Below are positions 55,033-64,000 of a stretch of DNA of 64,000 nt, in pieces. Position 1 is the first letter of the stretch, and every line of letters starts with the position of its first letter. Source of the stretch: Octopus bimaculoides (lineage: Eukaryota); contig NC_068981.1 in assembly GCF_001194135.2 (NCBI RefSeq), positions 64,352,041 to 64,416,040 on the forward strand, read 5' to 3'. The position numbers and the translations under genes were made by a program. The notes beneath the pieces are model-generated. The model did no database searches, was not told the origin of the DNA, and worked only from the letters and a program-made list of their open reading frames with translations.

Positions 55033-55687
55033 GTGAGGAACGCCTCCAGTGGCGGCATGTCATGTGTGGCCAAGAGGTGGTAATAATCTTAGTTGTCAGA
55101 CATCGTTAGCACAATTGAGTTTATGCCACACGCCCATCATATCATCAACAGCCATCTCAACTAATTCCACATAATAGGGTAGGCTGTTAGGTCATATCCA
55201 GCCAAAACCTAAGATATTTCTGTGATCCTGTGACTCACAACATGAAGTGGCCAACTTGCTGACTAGCTATGCCTGGAATATAATCAGGGGCTGCAACCGT
55301 GGACGTAATCGAGACGAGGTGCAGGGACCATATGATATTGTTATGCAGCTGCTTTCGAGGTGACATTGCTGCGGAAGGTAGTTTTGCAGAATGGCGTATT
55401 TTAAACATACCTAATTGAATGTGTGCGACATTTTCTCTGGGAGTATGCTGTTGATTTCATTTCACGTTGCTTGTTTTCCTTGTATTACTTGTACACAGAC
55501 ACAGACACAGACACACACACACACACACATACACACACACATATATATACACATGTGTGTGTATGTGGGTGCGAACATCTGTGTGTGTGTATGTGTATGA
55601 ATGAATGTATTTGCTCACATATATATATTTATGTATGTATATTTGTATGTATACATATATGTATATACATATGTATATACATATACA

Positions 55688-55732
<45 letters not shown>

Positions 55733-56929
55733 NNNNNNNNNNNNNNNNNNNNNNNNNNNNNNNNNNNNNNNNNNNNNNNNNNNNNNNNNNNNNNNNNNNN
55801 NNNNNNNNNNNNNNNNNNNNNNNNNNNNNNNNNNNNNNNNNNNNNNNNNNNNNNNNNNNNNNNNNNNNNNNNNNNNNNNNNNNNNNNNNNNNNNNNNNNN
55901 NNNNNNNNNNNNNNNNNNNNNNNNNNNNNNNNNNNNNNNNNNNNNNNNNNNNNNNNNNNNNNNNNNNNNNNNGAGAGAGAGAGGAGAGAGAGAGGAGAGA
56001 GAGAGAGATATGTGTTTGAGTATATATATATATGTATATATATATGTATATATATATGTATATATACACACAACATACATACACACACAGATATATAAAT
56101 ATATAGATACTCACATACAGCTATACATAAATACATACATACATTCATATACATACATACTCACACTCATATAGAAAAAAGAAAGAAAGAAAGAAATAGA
56201 AAGCCAAGCACGCACATTAATTATAAAGATACACATGCGCATGCAAACACACACACACACACAGATATACATAGGCGCACATACACACACTCACATACAT
56301 TTGCTTGACATGCTTTATTCGAGGAAATTTTGTCTTCCTTGCAACCATCAGATTTGTGTCATTTTGTTGTTCTATTTCGTTGCTATATCGTGTGAGGTCT
56401 CTCCGTCCAGTCGATGATATGGGGAGAACGGCTTATACGAAACGTTAGGTTCAGAATTTCAGAGTGGAACAGCCAGAGTGCAGAGTGTAAGGCGGTAAAC
56501 AGTAGTCAAAACAGAAGCTATGAACAAACACATTCATACATACATGTTGAAGTTCTAATCATACATACGGTGTTAGGTCACGGAATATCTTGATAGACAT
56601 CCGGACGCCTTGTTAATTTACGTAAGTGGAACATCTAACAGTCTCTTATTTATTATCTTTGTATGTGAATACTTATGGTAGTTTAGTGGTTGTTTTTCTC
56701 GTTGTTGTTGGTGTTGCTCTTTTTGTTGATGTATTTTTGTTGTTCTTTTTTTATATTGATTTTGGTTAGGTTCTTTTAGTTGATTTGGTATTCTTGATAT
56801 TATAGTAGGATCGTGTGGCCTTCCCCGTACCGCCCACACGTCAATTGCCATCAACTGGTCTTCGAGACCGTGAGGCCATCGGCCAATCTCTGCCGCTGAC
56901 GACTCCCTTTTTGTGTCAGTCCTACATGT

Positions 56930-58013
56930 TAGACGGACAATATCAGTAGATATTTCCGCTCTTCATGTACTGAGTTCACGTCTCGTCGACATCAGATTTT
57001 CCTTCCCACCCCTCCTTGGAGTTTAGGAGAAATGGTTATTGATTATTCCCTTTCCCCTAAACTCGCTGGTCTCGTGCCCAACTCAGAAGCCACAACAACA
57101 ATGATAACAATTGCTTCGAATTTTGGCACCATGCCAACAATTTTAGGGAGAAGGGTTAGCAGATGGAGGATGTAAGAAGTTGATCCTGATTTTAGACTCA
57201 GAAAATAATGAAATTATGAGCTCGACGAAATACCGCTGGGCGAGCGGGCAGAGTAGTTTGCAGGCCGAACAAAATGCTTACCAGTATTTTTTACGCCTTT
57301 ACGTTCTGATTTCGAATCCCACGAGAACAGTCTTGTTTCTCAGCCTTCTTGACTTGAGAAAATAAGTGCCAGATGAGCACCGAAGACGATGTAATCGACT
57401 AACATCCCTTCTCCAAAATGTCAGTCTTTGTGCCTAAGAAAGGATATTCTTGTTACTTCAATAATATTGTTATAGATGTTGTTGTTGTTGTTGTTGCTGT
57501 TGTTGTTGCTGCTGTTTGACCCTTGGTTAGTCTTGACTGTGTAGGCGGTGGTGTTGTTGGTGCTGGTGCTGGTGCTGGTGCTGGTGTTATAGTTTGTATT
57601 CATGATTATCTTTGTGATGAGGATGATGATAGTTGTGTTCGTATTATTATTATTGTTTGTATTCAAATTCCGCTCAGGTCATTTCATTCTTTTGGGATCG
57701 ATAAATTAAGTACCAGTGAAGCACTGGAGTCGATGTGATCAACTGTCCTCCTCCCCACAAAATCTAGGCCTTGCGCCTATAGTAGAAAGGATTGCTGTTA
57801 TTATTTTTATTGAGGCCGTGAGCTGGCTGAATCGTTAGCACACTGGGCTTAGCGGTATTTCGCTTGTCTTTACGTTCTGAGTTCAAATTCCACCGAGGTC
57901 GACTTTGCCTTTTATCGTTTCGAGGATGATAAATTAAGTATCAGTGAAGCATTGGGGTCGATGTAATCGACTAGTCCCCCTCCCCCCAAATTTCAGGCTT
58001 TGTGCCTTTTGTG

Positions 58014-58015
<2 letters not shown>
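56930..58015 (+). mobile_element. Cluster of four family 2 SINE copies
   Basis: Best copy 57812-58008 (gagctggctgaatcgttagc...gtcgactttgcc...aaatttcaggctttgtgcct); others at ~56930, 57235 and 57665. Confidence 0.8.
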
Positions 58016-58050
<35 letters not shown>

Positions 58051-58567
58051 AAGCGTGCATGCATATATTTATGTGAATTTTTTTTTCAACTACAACGTGT
58101 TTCCAGTTCTTCTCTGAGTCAAAGAACACAGGAAAATTATAGTATTTTTTCATGAATTAGCGATTACATATGTATATGTATACCCTCCTACAAGAGCACA
58201 CGCATGGCAACCACTTATTCACGCTTACACGGACCTCCCTACCATGCCGTTTCTCTTCTTACCATTCAAACAACCTACTAAATATCATAAACAGAAACTA
58301 GCATGCATTTACATATAATATATGTACATCAATACATGTGCGTGAGCATGCATATATACATGCATATATGTTTATAGATAAATAGATAGATAGATAGATA
58401 GGTATGCTGTCTGCTTTTGTTTTTTTTTATGAAAAAGGGCTTCCATTGTAATCCCTTTCAAGCCTAAAGAAAAATTAAGACTTTAATCCCAGTCAAATGC
58501 TGCGGAAATATATTTAATCGCAAAAAACATCGGCCTGACTTATAATGTATGCGTATACATACATAGA

Positions 58568-58637
<70 letters not shown>

Positions 58638-58831
58638 TATATACGCATATACGTGTCTATATATATCTATATATATTTATATATACATGTGTATACATAT
58701 ACACACGTATAATTTAAGCACACATATGTACGCACACACAGACATACACATACACACATATATATAGATATACATACATATATATCTATGTGTGTATGTA
58801 TGCGCATATATATGTGTGTATGTATGTGTGT

Positions 58832-58865
<34 letters not shown>

Positions 58866-58897
58866 ACAGAGAGAGANNNNNNNNNNGTGTGTGTGTG

Positions 58898-58945
<48 letters not shown>

Positions 58946-59459
58946 ATATGGATTCAAAAAATCATAGTTCACATATGTTGTGTGCGTGTCTGTGTGTGGG
59001 TGTTTGTATGTATGTATACATATACTTTCTTTTGTATCTCTAACGATGTCTCACTTCATATTGTACACTCTCTGTCTCTAGCTCGTGATCCTTTCTTACA
59101 TTATATTTATATATACTGTCTTATAAGTTTCCAAAGGTTATATTTTTTAATATTATTTCAAGTATAAATGGCTCTTGCCTTATGAACAGTGCTTACTCAC
59201 TAACTATCGCTCTCTATCGAATAATCTGTCACATTTATTCTACGTCCTTCCTCCGGTTTTACACCACATGATTCAGAAAATGGACCTAAACTTTCATGCA
59301 ATCGAATTTATTCAGAAATAATTTATTCAGTCATTATTGTATATTACACTATTTATACTAGGTCTCCTTTGTCATTGTGCCTTTCTATCCCCCACCCTAG
59401 TCTCTTTGCCATTAGTATTTTCTTCAAGACAAACCCGTATACAGATACACACACACATG

Positions 59460-59490
<31 letters not shown>

Positions 59491-61958
59491 ACATATATGT
59501 ATACATGTAAGTATATACATAGATACATATATATATATATCTACTGTGAAAAGGGCAGACGTTGTCTCACATGCAGTTGTGCAAAATGTTTTGTTAGTAA
59601 ATGTGGTCGGATTGACCTGAAAATTTGCACACCTATCTTAAAAGTGCTGGGGAGTTTGCATAGCATCTTTGAGTTTGCTCAATTTAAAGGCGTTGCCTCT
59701 AGGGCAAAATTCTTCATCTTTAAAATGTGGCCCGAGTAGACCAGAATGAAATCAGGTTATAATACTAGTATATATATATATATATATATATATGCATGTG
59801 TATATACTATGTNNNNNNNNNNNNNATATATATATATATATATACATGTGTATGTATGTATGTGAATTTGAAAAATGCATTGGAAGTCTTTTTGATGGTC
59901 TACTTTGAATGGCTTAACCAGTTTAATAGACTTTTCTGATTTTTAAAAGTTAAGTGAGACAGAAAAACATGGGCCTATGCCGCAACTATCTTACTTCTGG
60001 CTGGAATTCGAAAATTCTCTTATTTTATAGAGTACCAGGCTGAAATTAGTAACTTATTAGGGTACAATTTAACTAGCAAATGATGACCACCTGATTAGTT
60101 TTAGAAATTATTTAAGTTCCTCGCTACGTCAGTACGTGAATGTCGTGTGACAATATTTTTTGAACCGAAAGTCAAGGCTGACACGGTTGAGTGTCAATCA
60201 ATGAAGACTTTCTAAATTTAATCTGTTAGAATTCTTTGTTTGCAGTCATTAACTTTTGTTAGTTCCCGCTTATTTTCCGTGGGTTAATATTTGTGTGGAT
60301 TGTTGATGTTACTTCAGTAGTGGCTTATATTTTTTTGTGTAAGTTTTCTTTATATATTTGCGTTTGAATTATGGTATTGTCTGAATCAAAGTGGAAAGAC
60401 TTGGAATTTTGGGAACTTATTTGTCGTACATAAATCTAGACAAGAAAAGTAATCGAAAAGTTAAAGTTGTCATGCTTCACTGCATATGGCTATTGAAAGT
60501 CTCAGAAACATAGGCTTTGTAAATGTGCCATATCCTGTGGCTGAATGGATATGATTTATATGTGTGCACGTAGGCATAAAATTTTGTTTTCCATTACATT
60601 CATCCGTTGGTATCACTCTAGAAAAAGTCCTGAATGTTCCCAATTTAAGGTTGTTGGCTGTGTAAATTCAGTAATGTTAAGTGGAAGAATATCTGTATGT
60701 GTGAGTAGTTGTTGGTAAATGTACGTTGTTAAAGTTCACTCAATTGTGGTTTGCATCTTTAAATGAATATATTTTCTTTTTTATTCATGTTTGATCTGTG
60801 GTATTGGTTAAACAAGGGTAAAGTGGGAAAACTTGGGATTTGGGAAACTTAACTTTTACACATGTGTCTAAATGCCTATTCAGTTTGATCTGTCTTGTTC
60901 TGTGTTTCGTATTTGTTGATGATGAATTGTCACTCTATTTCTAATAGTAAGTTTTGTTTGACCCTTGTAATATTCGTTTTATCCTTTACATTTAATGGGA
61001 AGGATAAAATTTTTTGGCGAACACGTAATATGATTTTTTATGGTAAAAATATGTATGAAGTTGATATGTTTCCGACTGCCGAATCTCACTCAGAGTTGAT
61101 ATAATTACCCGCTACCTCGTTATTTACCCTAAATAGATATCTACTAAGTACCGCACCTTAAATATATTCCCTACACTCACCATTTCAAATCAAAGGCCGG
61201 CCATTTGACTATAATTCCACTAACTTTTTCCCTTAGACTGTAGTCATAGTAGTGCACGGTTTTTAAAGGCTCTTAGTCGATCGTATCAACCGCAATCCTC
61301 TCTGTAATACTTCTTTTATCTTTTCAATGAAGAAGATACGTGGTCGACATGTCATAAAAGTGTTTCAAGATGGAACAAAGTACCACAAAATTTTTGTTCG
61401 TTCAATATTGATTTCTGTGTTAAAATCAAATCGACTTACCCCTCCCCACATGCTTCCCCAAACAGATTTTCATCAACTAGCGAAATGATAAAAGTGAAAA
61501 CCAGTCCTTAGCAGGAACTGAGCTATTAATTTAAAATTCCAGGCTCACTCTAAACTTTCGGTAACATTTTGTAAATTTATACATTCACATGCATTTTATA
61601 AAAACTTCTCATCGAAGCTGCGATGAATCAGCCTTCCTGAACATCAAACTTCTCACCCTCACAAAGTGTTCCTTCTCAGCTATTCCAGGAGTACCTTATC
61701 TACGCAATCATCTAAAACTTACATAAAACAGTCATATTTTGTTGTTTTTCCTGGTAAAATATTATACAAAGAGAGCAAAAACCAAAAATATAGACCTTGA
61801 AATAGTAACAAAGCATTTGTTGGGAAATATATCATGGAAATTAATAAAAGAAAAGCAAATTGTTTTAAGCAAGGCTAAAAATGTCACGTAGTATCAATAT
61901 CTTGATTAGCTATATTTCTTAATATGTGAGTGAAAAGAAAACATTATAAGCCTCTTAC

Positions 61959-62068
61959 CAGTGAATAGGGCAAAATCCTTCTGAATGCTCTTGCTGTACT
62001 CACTGTCAACTGTTCTTACGGGAGACTTGGCATAGATGTACTGCGGTAGAAGGTTCTCCATTCCTTCC
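61959..62068 (-). CDS. TBX20: Tbx20 (H15/midline-like T-box transcription factor), penultimate coding exon, 110 nt
   Basis: Acceptor ttttgttattttcatacag|G and donor CTG|GTAAGA. The only open frame gives (R)EGMENLLPQYIYAKSPVRTVDSEYSKSIQKDFALFT. This resembles the post-T-box segment of vertebrate TBX20 as I recall it (RESVESLIQKHSYARSPIRT), with a phase-2 start and phase-1 end as in that exon. Confidence 0.85.
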
Positions 62069-62398
62069 CTGTATGAAAATAACAAAAACAAAAAGAAATA
62101 ATATAAAAGATATGGTTAAAAATATGAGATATTTATGCATCTACGACACTCAGTGTGATATATTTTGGAGGAAACAGATATTGTCAACTAGATGGCAGTA
62201 GTTATTGTCACTGTAATTCTTGTTGATGTTTTGCATAAAATCATCCTTGACTAAGCAAAATCTTAAGCAAAGGTGTGTTAGCCATGACCATTCAGGAACT
62301 AGGAATATATAATACAATGTGTACTATCTTGCTGAAGACAACAGTGTTTCATTTGAGTGAGATTTTTTCTAGTATATCAGACGGATATCTTTTACCAT

Positions 62399-62707
62399 CA
62401 GATGCATTAAAAAGGAGAATTTCTAGAACCGCATGTCTGGACGGGAAGCTTTTGGCGTCTTGCTGTCTGGCCGGCTTTTGAATGAACTTGCAGGAAATCA
62501 GATGCAGCTGCTTGTGTGTGTAGAGATGGAGTTGTATACCAGCTGTGTTTATACCACTCATACAACTGGTATTACACTCAGGCACACACTCTTACGGCCA
62601 TGTATCTGATGTCCCACAAGTTCCTTCAAAAATCAGCCAGACAGCAAGGCACTGCCAGCTTCGTGTCCAGACGCGCAATCTCAAAAAATCTTATTTAAAT
62701 GCATCTG
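62399..62707. repeat. Imperfect ~310 bp inverted repeat (old MITE-like hairpin)
   Basis: cagatgcatt...gtctggac..gaagct...ttgctgtctgg...ttttgaa.gaacttg...atcagat pairs with 62599-62707; the spacer is also partly self-complementary. Confidence 0.75.
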
Positions 62708-62859
62708 GTGTTGGAATGTCGATCTTGCTTCGAATGTTACTACATGATCCGCCTTGACTTGTTTCCGGTAGCCATATTAGATCTCCGACATCTCTCCATT
62801 CGGCAAACCGAGCTTATACAACCTTAAATCGCAAGAGGCCAGCAGAAATATAACACAAG

Positions 62860-62899
62860 ACTGTTACTCTGAGTTTCATGTTCCCGTTCATCGGACAGT
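62860..62899 (-). ncRNA. Second, inverted hammerhead motif with a helix II mismatch
   Basis: Reverse complement reads ACUGU-CCGAUGA-ACG-GGAA-CAU-GAA-ACUC-A-GAGU-A-ACAGU. It is identical to the plus copy except CGU>CAU in helix II. Confidence 0.6.
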
Positions 62900-62920
62900 T
62901 TTGTCAACATTTCTAACAAA

Positions 62921-62960
62921 ACTGTCCGATGAACGGGAACGTGAAACTCAGAGTAACAGT
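62921..62960 (+). ncRNA. Minimal type I hammerhead ribozyme motif (Penelope-like/retrozyme type)
   Basis: Helix I ACUGU, core CCGAUGA, helix II ACG-GGAA-CGU, GAA, palindromic helix III ACUC-A-GAGU, A17, then ACAGU closing helix I. Predicted GUA cleavage after 62955. The core has non-canonical U4C. Confidence 0.7.
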
Positions 62961-63081
62961 CTTTTGTTATATTTCTGCTGCTTTTAAATAAAGCATATTA
63001 CTCTACCTCTGGTATTTGAGTACTCTTTTTTCCACCTTGTTGCTCATTTTATGTGCTTACTCCGGTATATATATATATATA

Positions 63082-63384
63082 GTAGAAGCGCAATGGCCCA
63101 ATGGCTTGGGCAGTGGACTCGCGGTCGGAGGGTCGCGGTTTCGATTCTCAGCCCGGGCGATGTGTGTGTTTATTGAGCGAAAACACCTAAAGTTCCAAGA
63201 CGCTCCGGCAGGGCGGTGGGGAACCCCAGTTGTACTGTTTCGCCCAACTTTCTCTCACTCTTTCTTACTGTTTCTTGAGGAACGCTGCGATGGACTGGCG
63301 TCCCGTCCAGCTGGGAGGAACACATACGCCATAGAAACCGGAGACCGGGCCCATAAATCTGGCTAGGCTTTAAAAGGGCGCATA
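63082..63384 (+). mobile_element. SINE with a family-1 tRNA head and a different 3' domain
   Basis: Head gcgcaatggcccaatggcttgggcagtggactcgcgg...; after ~63280 it switches to gctgcgatggactggcgtcccgtccag...gaaaccgg (V-domain-like from memory). Confidence 0.75.
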
Positions 63385-63622
63385 CAATATATATATATAT
63401 ATAATCAATTCAAATAAACAAATAATTCAAATAAACGCATAAAAGAACAAAAGCAAAAAGCGAACTTGGGACGTGCACAAGAAGTATATTAACTTGACGC
63501 TCTGTCAAAGAAGAGTGTTTGATGTTTCTAACATAGCTCTTTATCAGAAAGCAGAAAAGGAAAACTCCACAGACGGGAAAAGAATCGCCAACGGCATTCG
63601 TGTGTATATATATATATATATG

Positions 63623-63658
<36 letters not shown>

Positions 63659-63664
63659 CTTTTA

Positions 63665-64000
63665 ATATTTTACTTGCTGCAGTCATTTGACTGCAGCCAT
63701 GCTGGAGCACTGCTTTTAATCAAACAAGTAGGACCCAGGATTTACTCTTTGTAAACATAGAACTTATTCTATCGGGGCCCTTTTGCCGAACTGGTGGGTG
63801 ACGGGAACGCAAATACACAAACATCGGTTGTAAAGCGATGGTGGAGGGACAAAACACAGATACAAACAGCAAATATATACAGGATTCTTTCAGTTTCTGT
63901 CTACCAAATTCACTCACAAGGCTTTGGTCGGCCCGAGGCTATAGTAGAAGTCACTTGCCGAAGGTGCCACCAGTGGGACTGAACCCGGAACACCATGTGG
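63665..64000 (-). mobile_element. Family 3 SINE, truncated by the window edge
   Basis: Homologous to 30989-31380. Confidence 0.88.

Larger units (their letters stand above)
62840..63066 (+). mobile_element. Penelope-like element terminal (pLTR) fragment with an inverted partial copy
   Basis: 65-bp inverted arms (62840-62904 and 62916-62980, 63/65 identical, 11-nt loop) carrying hammerhead motifs, followed by AATAAA and ~80 bp ending in (TA)n. Inverted pLTR plus minimal hammerhead is a known PLE hallmark; the family assignment is inferred. Confidence 0.55.

Noticed and set aside
59540-60060. DNA-transposon-like internal sequence (Transib-like start tactgtg)
   Set aside because: No matching second terminus or transposase fragment found.
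62069-64000. Preceding T-box exon (NPFAKGFRD) of Tbx20
   Set aside because: Searched by eye on the minus strand and not found; it presumably lies beyond the window.

Overview
Repeat-dense, AT-rich animal genomic DNA with about 19 N-gaps and very abundant microsatellites. The tRNA-derived SINE families match those I know from Octopus, so it is most likely an octopod cephalopod. One protein-coding gene is supported: the last two coding exons of a Tbx20 (H15/midline-family) T-box gene on the minus strand (62068-61959 spliced to 30827-30400, across a 31.1 kb intron). The T-box exons would lie beyond the right edge of the window. The C-terminal coding segment has two extra partial copies nearby (29656-29856 and 32388-32466). 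The most striking non-coding item is a near-perfect 65-bp palindrome at 62840-62980 in the upstream Tbx20 intron. Each arm encodes a minimal type I hammerhead-ribozyme fold on opposite strands, of the kind associated with Penelope-like elements. The rest is SINEs (three families), a deleted mariner, several MITEs, RTE, R4/Dong-like and Penelope-like remnants, local duplications and simple repeats. Almost all ORFs in the supplied track are microsatellite or N-gap artefacts.
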